From positions 3,040,001 through 3,104,000 of the forward strand of contig OZ244197.1 in NCBI GenBank assembly GCA_965216785.1: 64,000 bases of DNA, read 5' to 3'. This stretch comes from Thermodesulfobacteriota bacterium. Lineage in GTDB: Bacteria; Desulfobacterota_D; UBA1144; Nemesobacterales; UBA2774. Shown here piece after piece: positions 30,135 to 39,586 of this stretch. The notes below the pieces were generated by a model. The model worked only from the letters and a program-made list of their open reading frames with translations. It ran no database searches and was not told where the DNA came from. The position numbers and the translations under genes were made by a program. Every line of letters starts with the position of its first letter. Position 1 is the stretch's first letter.

Positions 30135-31394
30135 TTACTTACACCAGGTCGGGAACGACTTACCGCCGCTCTTGCCGAGCTTACGCTGGTTCTGGCCGTT
30201 TAAATACATTATGTAGAGATTTTTACCTCCCGATCTGGAAGAGCTGAATGCGAGATAATGGCCGTCGGGCGACCAGGCTGGGTTCTCGTTTCTACCCGAG
30301 GCCGAGGTCAGTCTTTCCTGGCCCGAACCGTCAGGGTTTATCGTGTAAATGTTCGCCCCGCCTTCTACCTTAACGAAAGCTATGCGGTTAACTTCCCTGC
30401 TGGGAGACCAATCTGGATCTGTGCTGTACCCGCCCGAGGTTATCTTTCTAACCCCTCTACCGCTCGCTGTCATGACGTATATCTGCGGAGAACCGGAGCG
30501 GTCAGAGACAAACGCGATCATCCCGCCGTCGGGAGACCAAGTCGGAGAGACGTCGATCGAGTGGCTCCTGGTAAGGTTCACAGCCCCCTTGCCGTTCGGA
30601 CCGGAAACGTAAATGTCTCCGTTCGCGCTGAACGCTAACTGCCTTCCGCTCGGGGACCACGCGGCGCTTTGTTCAAGCTTAAACGCCTTTGTAAGCCTTG
30701 TTTCTTTAACGCCCGAGCCAAGGGTGATCACATAAAGATCCTGGTCCCATACTTTATCGGAGTTAAATACGATCTTATCCCCCGAGGGAGAGCAATGGGG
30801 AGACATTATTAGCGAGCTATGTCTTGTGAGCTGTCTAATATTAAAACCGTCGTAGTCTGAAATAAAGAGGTTCCTCTTACTCCTTCCCCCCTGAACATAA
30901 GCAATCTTTGATGTAAAAAATCCTTTTTTTCCCGTTATCTGCTTCATTACGAGATCGGCAAACCGGTGGGCAGCCTCCCTCACCTTGCCGGGCGTTGCCT
31001 CATAAGATCTCCCGAGTATCGCTCGCTCTTCCTTAACGTTAAAGAGCCTCACGGCAAATTTTATACGACCCCCGCTCGCTTGATACTGCCCGGCGACCAG
31101 GTAATCAGCCCCCGCGTCGAATAGTGACTGAAATCCGATATTGTCTATACCACCCGCAATTGGTGTTCCCAAGCTCACGTCGAAAAGTGCGGCGTTTTCA
31201 AGATCGTTACCGAGCACCCTCGCGAATTCCTGCGCGGCCTGGTCGGGCGGGCCAACATTCGAAAGCTCGGCAATATGCACCGGCAGCTTCTGCACAATCG
31301 GACCTGTAACATCCGGGAGCTTAATCTGTGAATACGCAACCCCTGAAAACGATATAAATACACTTAAGGTTAGAAATAATATCCTGAATGCCAT
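30135..31394 (-). CDS. tolB: TolB-like beta-propeller periplasmic protein
   Basis: Signal peptide, TolB_N-like domain (AHRFAD...TGKKGFF), repeated PD40 WSP(D/S)G units; start at ATG 31394 behind GGAGG. Confidence 0.8.
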   Translation of the reverse strand: MAFRILFLTLSVFISFSGVAYSQIKLPDVTGPIVQKLPVHIAELSNVGPPDQAAQEFARVLGNDLENAALFDVSLGTPIAGGIDNIGFQSLFDAGADYLVAGQYQASGGRIKFAVRLFNVKEERAILGRSYEATPGKVREAAHRFADLVMKQITGKKGFFTSKIAYVQGGRSKRNLFISDYDGFNIRQLTRHSSLIMSPHCSPSGDKIVFNSDKVWDQDLYVITLGSGVKETRLTKAFKLEQSAAWSPSGRQLAFSANGDIYVSGPNGKGAVNLTRSHSIDVSPTWSPDGGMIAFVSDRSGSPQIYVMTASGRGVRKITSGGYSTDPDWSPSREVNRIAFVKVEGGANIYTINPDGSGQERLTSASGRNENPAWSPDGHYLAFSSSRSGGKNLYIMYLNGQNQRKLGKSGGKSFPTWCK

Positions 31395-31511
31395 ATATCC
31401 TCCGCAAATGTAAATTGATTTACTATACAAGTGATATTGGGAATAAATCTAGCTAATGAGAACAGAAAAAACCAGTGAAAATGATAAGCAGCTTAAAATA
31501 ATAGTGCGGGC

Positions 31512-32114
31512 TTATTCTTCAAGCTCGACGTTCCAGTAAGAAATGTCGACGAAATTGAGAAAAGGCTCCCACTCCTTATACCTGACAGCTCTTATGTATA
31601 TGTTTGAGAACGGGTCCCAAAGCGGCTTCTTTGGCTTACGGTTAAGTTTCATCCTGGCCTGGACAGGCGTTCTCCCGCCCTTTTTTCTGTTGCAGTCAAT
31701 ACAGCAGCACACTACGTTGTCCCAAACGCTCTTGCCACCCTGGGAACGGGGTACCACGTGGTCTATTGTAAGCTCGGCTCTTGAAAACTTGCTCCGGCAG
31801 TACTGACACATCCCGCCGTCACGCCTGAAAATATTTATACGGTTAAACTTGGCCTCTTTTCTTACAAATCCCTCGTATCTTACCAGCAGTATCACTCTTG
31901 GGGTTTTAATCGCGGTGTTTACGGTTCTTATTACGTCTTCCTGGTTATCTCTGAGCATGGATATATCGGTCCAGGAATCAAAATCGAAGGTCTCATAATC
32001 GTTCCCTACCGCTTTTGCCACGCCGCTGTAAAGCATAAGGAAAGCCCGCTTTACACTTGTAATAGTGACAGGAACAAAGTACCGATTTAGTACTAAAACG
32101 GGAGAGGATAGCAT
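31512..32114 (-). CDS. HNH endonuclease (HNH_5/McrA-like)
   Basis: VLVLN, RDGGMCQYC, TIDHVVPRSQGG, NVVCCCIDCNRKKG. Confidence 0.92.
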   Translation of the reverse strand: MLSSPVLVLNRYFVPVTITSVKRAFLMLYSGVAKAVGNDYETFDFDSWTDISMLRDNQEDVIRTVNTAIKTPRVILLVRYEGFVRKEAKFNRINIFRRDGGMCQYCRSKFSRAELTIDHVVPRSQGGKSVWDNVVCCCIDCNRKKGGRTPVQARMKLNRKPKKPLWDPFSNIYIRAVRYKEWEPFLNFVDISYWNVELEE

Positions 32115-32269
32115 ACAGTATATGGAATTTACACTTTTTTCATTAGCACTTCAAGTATATTGTGTTAAGGTTTAATTAAGTCGTTGCCGCGCTTTAACGC
32201 ATTTAAACCAGTTATTTCTTGACATATGTGAACCAACGTACAAATTATTAAGGGAAAAAAGGAAGCAAA

Positions 32270-32419
32270 ATGGAAACATTACTAAGCGGATTTGTTATTC
32301 AACTCATACTCTCGGCACTGCTGTTTGCAACCCTTATATACTTTGTATTAAAAAACGCCCGGCTCAAAAGGCAGATCGAGCAGGCAGCTTCCCCAACTGA
32401 GAATAAAGAGGACAAGTAA
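32270..32419 (+). CDS. Small single-TM protein (49 aa) directly upstream of lgt; absent from the ORF track
   Basis: Reads METLLSGFVIQLILSALLFATLIYFVLKNARLKRQIEQAASPTENKEDK; AGGAAG upstream; TAA abuts lgt ATG. Confidence 0.65.
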   Translation: METLLSGFVIQLILSALLFATLIYFVLKNARLKRQIEQAASPTENKEDK

Positions 32420-33235
32420 ATGTATCCCGAAATAATAAGCGTAGGTAATTTCACTATATCATCTTTCGGCCTTATGATAGCGGTATGCTTCATAGTGGGC
32501 TACTGGCTCATAATGTCAGAGGCTAAAAGAAAAAAACTCGACGATAAGCTTATTAGTAATATGTTCCTAGCCACCATGATCGGCGGCATCGTAGGGGCGA
32601 AGATCCTGTACATATTTGAAAACGTACCGTTATCAGAAATTATGAGCGACCCCCTCACCCACTTACTATCAAGAGGAGGGCTCACTTTTTACGGTGGTTT
32701 TATCGGTGCACTCGTTCTCGTCTGGGCAATGGCGTACAGAAACAAGATCAGCATGTGGGTAATTGGCGACATGGCCTCCCCCGCTCTTGCTCTGGCCTAT
32801 TCCATCGGAAGGATCGGCTGCCTGCTCGTAGGCGATGATTACGGCGTCCCGTCCAATTTGCCCTGGGCCATGGCATTCCCAAAGGGACTTCCTCCGACAG
32901 ACATCCCCGTGCACCCGACACAGCTCTATGAAGTAATCATAATGTTCATTGCGTTCCTATTCATATGGAGAATAAGGACCCTGCCAAGGGCCGCTGGATG
33001 GCTCTTCTCGATATATTTAATCATAGCCGGGTTTGAGAGATTCTTCATTGAATTCATAAGGAGCACCACACCTAGCCCGATCCCGCATTTGTCGGTGGCG
33101 CAGGTTACGGCTATCGGTTTAATTATAGTAGGAGCGATCAAGCTGTATTCAATTTACGCCTCGGGTGAAACTAAAAGCGGAGAGCCGGAAAGCAGCCCGG
33201 GCGGAAAGAAAATGCCGAGAAAGAAAAAAGCTTAA
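32420..33235 (+). CDS. lgt: Prolipoprotein diacylglyceryl transferase
   Basis: GGLTFYGG, GRIGCLLVGDDYG, HPTQLYE, RFFIEFIR. Confidence 0.9.
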   Translation: MYPEIISVGNFTISSFGLMIAVCFIVGYWLIMSEAKRKKLDDKLISNMFLATMIGGIVGAKILYIFENVPLSEIMSDPLTHLLSRGGLTFYGGFIGALVLVWAMAYRNKISMWVIGDMASPALALAYSIGRIGCLLVGDDYGVPSNLPWAMAFPKGLPPTDIPVHPTQLYEVIIMFIAFLFIWRIRTLPRAAGWLFSIYLIIAGFERFFIEFIRSTTPSPIPHLSVAQVTAIGLIIVGAIKLYSIYASGETKSGEPESSPGGKKMPRKKKA

Positions 33236-33306
33236 GCTTTCAGTCTCAACCCCAAACAGAATCTAAACTTTCGCATGCACCCTCACTTAGGTATCTTTTA
33301 CCCTCA

Positions 33307-34869
33307 ATGTCGGAGATAAGAAAGCGCGACCTTGCGCTAAGCGCACTCACCGGAGTACTGTTCCCTCTCTCATTCATGGTCCCTTACGCGGGAATACTGA
33401 CTTTTGTTCTGCTCGTACCTCTATTTTGGGCTATTGAGAATAAATCTGCGGGCGATTCTTTCAAACTGGGTCTTTTTGCCGGGCTGATCGCAAACTTTAT
33501 CGGTACTTACTGGCTTGTAGGTACGCTGAGTCGGTTCGGAGGCTTTCATACTATTATAAGCTTCATATTTATTGCGATCTTAAGCACGTACGCAGGGCTT
33601 TCCTACGGGATATTTTCCTATATAAGCTCAAGGCTCGGATTCTTTAAAAAACCAGGACTCTTATCGATTATTCTAATAGCGGCCGTCTGGACATCGGTTG
33701 AGTACTTTTTTCCTTTCCTCTTCCCTTACGGCATTTCAAACGCGCTATCAGACTACACGGGCTTAATTCAGATTTTTGACCTCTTCGGCATATATGGACT
33801 TAGCTTTATCATCGTTATCGTAAATTTGTCCGTCATGAGAGCGATTAAGAGCTTTACCGGACATACGAGAACACCAACAGCGGAGATAGCGCTATCGATA
33901 GCCCTTATCGCAGCCATGCTTTTGTACGGACAATTTCGCATAGGCCAAGTTGACCGCGAGATAGCCCAGGCCCAGAAGATCAAGGTCGGCATGGTACAGG
34001 CAAACTTCGATTTTCTTCAGAAAACTGAGAGTCTAGAGGAAATAGTTACCGCAAAGCATAAAGAAATGTCAGAAGATCTAAAATCTGTCGATCTTATCAT
34101 ATGGCCCGAGACTTCGATCCAAGCCTGGTTCTCAACCGACTCTGATTACCTTTTTGTAAGAGACGAGACTGGCGTCCCGAAAATAGAAGGGAAATACTTT
34201 ATAGTTGGCGGTATGTCCTTTACACCTAAAGACCCTGATGCGGAAATACTGACGGACGAGAATCTGATAAAATACAATACCGCGTTCCTAACCGACTCAA
34301 ACAGCCTTATCCTCGGGCGCTATCACAAGATAAAGCTTCTTCTTTTCGGTGAGTACCTGCCGTTCTCAACTTACATCCCCTCTCTTAAGAATTTCAGCCC
34401 CGCCTCCGGAGACTTCACACCCGGAAGCGAGCTTGAGCTCTTTGAGATAAAGGAAAAGAATATCAAGATCGCGCCAATTATCTGCTACGAGGACATTATC
34501 CCCTCGTTTAGCAAGCAGTTCGTGGACAAAGGCGCAAACCTAATAGTCAACATCACAAACGACGCGTGGTTTGGTAAAACTACTGCGCCTTATCAGCATT
34601 TGATAGTGTCCGTCCCAAGAGCGGTCGAGACTAGGAAATACCTGCTACGGTCCACCAACACCGGCATAAGCGCTATCATAGACCCTGTGGGGAGGGTTGT
34701 ATCCAAGACAGACACATTCGTTCAGACAAATCTGGTGGGCGATGTGGGTATTATGGATGGAGAAAAGACTCTATATACAAAAATAGGAGACGCTTTTCCT
34801 ATAGCCTGTTTGGTATTCTGGTTGGGGTTTGCAGTAATTGAAAGGCTAAGGGGAAAGCAAATCCCTTAG
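33307..34869 (+). CDS. lnt: Apolipoprotein N-acyltransferase
   Basis: TM N-domain; WPET, YHKIKLLLFGEY, ICYED, NDAWFG nitrilase-fold motifs. Confidence 0.95.
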   Translation: MSEIRKRDLALSALTGVLFPLSFMVPYAGILTFVLLVPLFWAIENKSAGDSFKLGLFAGLIANFIGTYWLVGTLSRFGGFHTIISFIFIAILSTYAGLSYGIFSYISSRLGFFKKPGLLSIILIAAVWTSVEYFFPFLFPYGISNALSDYTGLIQIFDLFGIYGLSFIIVIVNLSVMRAIKSFTGHTRTPTAEIALSIALIAAMLLYGQFRIGQVDREIAQAQKIKVGMVQANFDFLQKTESLEEIVTAKHKEMSEDLKSVDLIIWPETSIQAWFSTDSDYLFVRDETGVPKIEGKYFIVGGMSFTPKDPDAEILTDENLIKYNTAFLTDSNSLILGRYHKIKLLLFGEYLPFSTYIPSLKNFSPASGDFTPGSELELFEIKEKNIKIAPIICYEDIIPSFSKQFVDKGANLIVNITNDAWFGKTTAPYQHLIVSVPRAVETRKYLLRSTNTGISAIIDPVGRVVSKTDTFVQTNLVGDVGIMDGEKTLYTKIGDAFPIACLVFWLGFAVIERLRGKQIP

Positions 34870-35937
34870 AGCTTTAAGAAACGCGTCATTCTCTTTAGGT
34901 GTACCGATTGTAACTCGCATACAGTTCTCTAGCCTTCCCGGCTTATTGAAATTCCTTATTAGAATATCCCTTTCTGTGAGCTCAGAGAAAATCCGGTCTG
35001 CTTCCGCGACTCGGAATAGAATAAAGTTAGCATCTGTCGGGAACGGCTCGATACCCTCTATAGATTGTAGCTCGCCCATGACCCTGCCCCTTTCCCTGAT
35101 TATAAGCTGTATGTTCTCGGACACAAACTCATGGTTATCAAGCACAAGCTCCGCAGCCGCCTGGCTCAATGAATTGATATTATATGGGTAGCGCACCTTA
35201 TTAAGCTCCCTAACAAGCTGCGGCTTTGCGTACAGCATCCCGAGCCGAAGTCCCGCAAACCCCACTTTAGACAGCGTTCTCATGATTACGAGGTTTTCAT
35301 TGTTCTCGAGAAGGGGCATAAACGTATGTCCGCTGAAATCCGAATACGCCTCGTCCACCACGACAATCCCTTCAGCCTTTTCTATTATGCTTTTAATCCT
35401 GTCCTCCGAATATGCGTTCCCCGTCGGGTTGTTGGGAGATGCCAGGAAGATTAAATCCGGGTCCGATTTATCAATACTTTCAAGAGTACTTTGAAGATCG
35501 ATATCAAAATTCAGATCCAAAGGCACTTCCAGGGTCTCAGCCCCCATTGCGGTTGCTGTAAGGCCGTACATAGAGAATGTGGGCGTAGGGTAAAGAACCC
35601 TCCCTGTCGAGCCCGTACAGGCCAGTATTAGCATCCCTATAAGCTCGTCGGAACCGTTTCCCAACACAACTCCTTCTGTCGGAGCGCCGCTTGCCCGGGC
35701 AATCTTCTCCCTAAGCTTTGTTGCCTCGGGGTCCGGATAGCGATGAATATCTACACCTATTAAAGACTCCCCTAACTTCTCCCCTATATCCGGCGGAAGC
35801 TGAAACGGGCTTTCATTGCCGTCAAGCTTAATGCTGCAGTCGATATGCGGGACACTGTAGGCTTCCAGCTCTTTTATGTTCCGCTTAACCCTCTTTTCCA
35901 CAATGCCCGCAGCCCCTGCGTTTTTATCCTTATCCAT
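34846..35937 (-). CDS. hisC: Histidinol-phosphate aminotransferase
   Basis: KLDGNESP, GNGSDE, PNNPTG, DEAY, RTLSK PLP lysine; adjacent to hisD. Confidence 0.95.
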   Translation of the reverse strand: MDKDKNAGAAGIVEKRVKRNIKELEAYSVPHIDCSIKLDGNESPFQLPPDIGEKLGESLIGVDIHRYPDPEATKLREKIARASGAPTEGVVLGNGSDELIGMLILACTGSTGRVLYPTPTFSMYGLTATAMGAETLEVPLDLNFDIDLQSTLESIDKSDPDLIFLASPNNPTGNAYSEDRIKSIIEKAEGIVVVDEAYSDFSGHTFMPLLENNENLVIMRTLSKVGFAGLRLGMLYAKPQLVRELNKVRYPYNINSLSQAAAELVLDNHEFVSENIQLIIRERGRVMGELQSIEGIEPFPTDANFILFRVAEADRIFSELTERDILIRNFNKPGRLENCMRVTIGTPKENDAFLKALRDLLSP

Positions 35938-36008
35938 AGACGTTAATTATAATATCCTGATTTGATTATGTCCTATAATCCTGGGAAATGAAATGACGTA
36001 GTCCTGCT

Positions 36009-37298
36009 TTAAGAGTCCGTGCGAACTTTCACCGACAGAGCGTGCGCTTCGAGCTCTTCACTATAGGCAAGGTTCATAACCGCGCTGTTTAGTTCCTGGA
36101 ACCCTCGTTTTGATATAGATATTACGCTCGGCATTCTGAGAAAATCATAAACACTTAGCGGAGAAGAAAACCTTGCGGCGCCCCCAGTGGGAAGCACGTG
36201 GCTCGGCCCCGCTACATAGTCCCCAAATGCCTCGGTTGACATAGAGCCTAAAAAGACTGCGCCCGCGTGTTTTATCTTTTTAAGGAGAGTCTTGGGCTTC
36301 TTTACGCATAGCTCAAGGTGCTCTGGTGCAAGCGTGTTCGCAATCTGCGCAGCCATATCGATCGATTTTACAACGAATATCCTTCCCTTTTTCTTCACCG
36401 ATTCCCCGGCTATATCCTTTCTTTTCAGCTCTTTTAGCTGCGCAGATACCTCTTTTTTAACTTCCTTTGCGTGTTTCTGAGAATCCGTAACGAGTATAGG
36501 CACCGCCATCTCATCATGCTCGGCCTGTGCCAAAAGGTCAGCTGCCACCCAAGAAGCTGGTGCACTTCCATCGGAGATTATCAATACCTCGCTCGGCCCC
36601 GCAATCATATCTATATCCACTTCACCAAATACGAGCTTCTTAGCGATCGTTACGTAAATGTTCCCCGGCCCTACTATCTTATCCACCTTCGGCACCGACT
36701 CAGTCCCGTACGCGAGCGCCGCCACAGCCTGCGCCCCGCCTACCTTATATATAGAGTCCACTCCGGCAATCTTTGCCGCGACCAATACGGCCGGGTTTAT
36801 ATTTCCTCCCGGCGTAGGGGTTACGAGAGACAGCTCCTCCACGCCCGCCACTTTTGCCGGAATCGCGGTCATCAGTACAGTAGAGGGGTAAGCGGCTTTT
36901 CCTCCCGGCACGTAAAGACCCGCTTTTTCGATGGGCCTGATAAGCCATCCGAGCTCGTTCCCGAGATTATCCCTGTACAAATGGCTATCGGGCATTTTGT
37001 GTTTGTGGAATTCCCTTATTCTTCTGGCAGCCGAGTTCAGATCGGATATTAATTTCTTAGAAACTTGTTCGTGCGCTTTCTCTATCTCTTTTGCTGTAAC
37101 CTTTATACTTCTCTTTGTAAGCTCTACCCTGTCGAACTTTTTTGAGAATTTAAATAAAGCCCTGTCGCCCCTGCGCCTTACGTCATCAACTATTGTTCTA
37201 ACAACCGACTCAAGCTTCGGGTCGCTCACAGACACGCTCGTCCTAAGAGCCTTAATGTGCTTTTCTGAATCGTTTTTTCTAAGCTCTATTATCTTCAT
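36009..37298 (-). CDS. hisD: Histidinol dehydrogenase
   Basis: YVPGGKAAYPS, GPGN, AGPSE, QAEH, APEHL, GPSHVLPT. Confidence 0.97.
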   Translation of the reverse strand: MKIIELRKNDSEKHIKALRTSVSVSDPKLESVVRTIVDDVRRRGDRALFKFSKKFDRVELTKRSIKVTAKEIEKAHEQVSKKLISDLNSAARRIREFHKHKMPDSHLYRDNLGNELGWLIRPIEKAGLYVPGGKAAYPSTVLMTAIPAKVAGVEELSLVTPTPGGNINPAVLVAAKIAGVDSIYKVGGAQAVAALAYGTESVPKVDKIVGPGNIYVTIAKKLVFGEVDIDMIAGPSEVLIISDGSAPASWVAADLLAQAEHDEMAVPILVTDSQKHAKEVKKEVSAQLKELKRKDIAGESVKKKGRIFVVKSIDMAAQIANTLAPEHLELCVKKPKTLLKKIKHAGAVFLGSMSTEAFGDYVAGPSHVLPTGGAARFSSPLSVYDFLRMPSVISISKRGFQELNSAVMNLAYSEELEAHALSVKVRTDS

Positions 37299-37473
37299 AG
37301 CGAGAGAGGATTATACATAGGAAAGCCATTTAGCGAAAGTCCGCGGGTGTCATATCTTAACCCATTCCTGTATAGAATTACGCGGACTGAGATTTTAGTA
37401 ATATCCGGTACACTAAAAGTAACTTACATAAATTCAGACTTTGGCACATTAATGCCATATTTAAAGACACCCA

Positions 37474-37938
37474 TTGAAAGTATATAAATTACATACGAAG
37501 CAAGAGCTCAAAATAACTAAAAAAGAGGCCTGGGAGTTTTTCTCTAACCCTGGGAACCTTCCTCTTATTACACCCCCTTGGCTTGATTTCAGTATTACTT
37601 CAGAAATAGATTCCAAGATGTACCCGGGCATGATAGTTACATACACGGTAAGCCCGTTTCTAAATTTCCGCATGAGTTGGGTAACTGAAATAACACACGT
37701 AAAGGAGCCAGATTACTTCGTTGACGAGCAGCGATTCGGTCCCTATAAATTCTGGCATCACCAGCATAAATTTAGGGATATTCCAGGAGGAGTAGTGGTG
37801 GAAGACCTGGTGCATTATGCCCTGCCCCTGGATCCATTATCAAGAATAGCAAACGAGCTAATTGTGAAGAATCAGCTAAAGGAGATATTCGATTTCAGAC
37901 GCGAGTATCTTGAAAATAAATTCGGCCCATCGTATTAA
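37474..37938 (+). CDS. SRPBCC (START-like) family protein
   Basis: WEFFSNPGNL..ITPP, FVDEQRFGPYKFWHHQH, IFDFR; TTG start. Confidence 0.85.
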   Translation: MKVYKLHTKQELKITKKEAWEFFSNPGNLPLITPPWLDFSITSEIDSKMYPGMIVTYTVSPFLNFRMSWVTEITHVKEPDYFVDEQRFGPYKFWHHQHKFRDIPGGVVVEDLVHYALPLDPLSRIANELIVKNQLKEIFDFRREYLENKFGPSY

Positions 37939-38086
37939 CACTTATATTGTTACTGGACTGCAAGAGGGATCATAATACCTCGTCATTTCGAATATAGAAC
38001 AGCGATCTCCTTCAAGTTAGTTACATAATTCGAGACAAATACTGGGGACGGAGGTGAGCGCTTCACAGCGATGCCGGGGAATTAGT

Positions 38087-38114
38087 TTGACACACTTTTG
38101 ATGCAAAATATACT
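38087..38114 (+). promoter_or_regulatory. Sigma70-type promoter
   Basis: TTGACA, 16 bp, TATACT; 8 nt upstream of the ATG at 38123. Confidence 0.65.
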
Positions 38115-38122
38115 TTAACCCT

Positions 38123-39409
38123 ATGAGCGATTCCGTTATAGATATGAAACAGTATAAATATGATGAGGCCGAGAAAGAGCTCCGGGTGAAGCTTGCCGAT
38201 TATTCCGAAAAACCTGAATTTCAAGCACAGATCGCTGAAGCGTTCTATGTTTGGAAAAACGACCCCGACATGAGCAGCGAAGATATAACGGAAGACCAGG
38301 TAGACGACCTGACGTTTGAGAAGTTCTTTGACTGGTTTCTCTACGACTTTAAGCTCTTTGACACAAGTGAGAGACTGATAGAAAAATACTACAGAGAACA
38401 AGGCGGCAACCTGGACAAGTTAGAGAAAGCGATGATTAAAGACTGGTGCCAGAGTATATACAGTTATTTTGAAGTGGAGCATGTAAAACCCGGAGAAGAA
38501 TGCACAATAAGAGATATTATTACGAAAAAGCAGTATCACGTGCAAGACAAGGCGTCTTCAAAGCAGATCAAAACTTCGGATATAATAGGCGCAAGGCCCA
38601 TTAAGTGCGGAGATAACACCTATTTCTCTGCCGTAATATCCGTATACCCTGCCGCATTCAACTCACTCATTCTGGATTTCTTCAAATCGGAGTTTAAGGA
38701 ATACAAAAAATCACACGGCAAAGAAAAAACCAAAAACGACTATCTAAAAGACTGGGGTTATCAAATTGGCCACTACTTAGAGGATTTAGCGAAACACCCT
38801 AAATATGTTACCCCCGAAGGAGACGAGTTCGTACTTGCACAGGCATCTTACCACCTGAAGAACGCTGATAAAGCACTCACTAAGCTTGGAAAAATTAAAT
38901 CTCTGGATGAGATAAGCGGGAGTACCGATGACCTCAGAATTTTCAGTTGGGATAAGAGGGGCAAGAATACTATTACCGGTACGATAGAGCTAGAGAATGA
39001 CAATCTCCGCATCGAGTGCTATTCGATAGAGATGCTTTCAAAAGCTAAAGCAAAAATTGAAAAAGAGCTCAGTGGATTAATTGGGCACATAAAGGATAGC
39101 AAAAAAGAGCTCGGAAGCTTTATCCAGAGTGGTAAGGAAGCATATCCCGCGCCCAAAAAATATCCTTTGGGAATCAAAAATCGAAAGGAGCTCGATTCAA
39201 CCCTAGAGCAACATTATCAGAACTGGATAGACCAACCGCTAGGTCTGTTAGACGGCCAGACACCTAACGAAGCATTGCAAACAAAAGAAGGAAAAGACAA
39301 GTTAAGCTTAGTGTTGAGTGAGCTTGAGACTCTCTTTGAGCAAGCTAAAAAACGCGGTGAACCATATTACGATGTAAACAAATTGAGGAAACAGCTTAAT
39401 ATAAAATAA
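38123..39409 (+). CDS. Hypothetical protein of the type often fused to SEC-C motifs; C-terminal MbcA/ParS-like (DUF2384) segment
   Basis: FFDWFLYD, YSYFEV, WIDQPLGLLDGQTPNEA motifs; long open frame. Confidence 0.6.
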   Translation: MSDSVIDMKQYKYDEAEKELRVKLADYSEKPEFQAQIAEAFYVWKNDPDMSSEDITEDQVDDLTFEKFFDWFLYDFKLFDTSERLIEKYYREQGGNLDKLEKAMIKDWCQSIYSYFEVEHVKPGEECTIRDIITKKQYHVQDKASSKQIKTSDIIGARPIKCGDNTYFSAVISVYPAAFNSLILDFFKSEFKEYKKSHGKEKTKNDYLKDWGYQIGHYLEDLAKHPKYVTPEGDEFVLAQASYHLKNADKALTKLGKIKSLDEISGSTDDLRIFSWDKRGKNTITGTIELENDNLRIECYSIEMLSKAKAKIEKELSGLIGHIKDSKKELGSFIQSGKEAYPAPKKYPLGIKNRKELDSTLEQHYQNWIDQPLGLLDGQTPNEALQTKEGKDKLSLVLSELETLFEQAKKRGEPYYDVNKLRKQLNIK

Positions 39410-39513
39410 AGACGGCATACAAACCTTTGCCTTAACCAAATGCAATACTTTAGTATTAAGAAAACACCAACCGACTATACTTTTGACTAGTAAAAAATTA
39501 AGCCCTTTAATTT

Positions 39514-39543
39514 TTGACCCGCATCCAAGAACTGCTGTATACT
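39514..39543 (+). promoter_or_regulatory. Candidate promoter of the polysaccharide export operon
   Basis: TTGACC, 18 bp, TATACT. Confidence 0.5.
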
Positions 39544-39586
39544 TTAAACGAGTATGAATGAACAGATGATGGACAGGAGGAGTGAT

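Noticed and set aside
31512-32114. HNH nuclease as a mobile element or defence system
   Set aside because: No flanking repeats, methyltransferase, intron context or partner genes; looks like a common stand-alone HNH family
36471-37052. 193 aa ORF on the + strand
   Set aside because: Lies wholly antisense to hisD with no recognisable motifs; treated as a shadow ORF, like the other short antisense ORFs in the track
37441-37457. Sigma54-like TTGGCAC...TGC upstream of the SRPBCC gene
   Set aside because: GG-to-GC spacing is one base short of the -24/-12 consensus; better described as a short TGGCA-N6-TGCCA palindrome of unknown meaning
37978-38011. REP-like fragment (CGTCATTTCGA...GCGATCTCC)
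   Set aside because: Single degenerate copy with no partner repeat seen in the window
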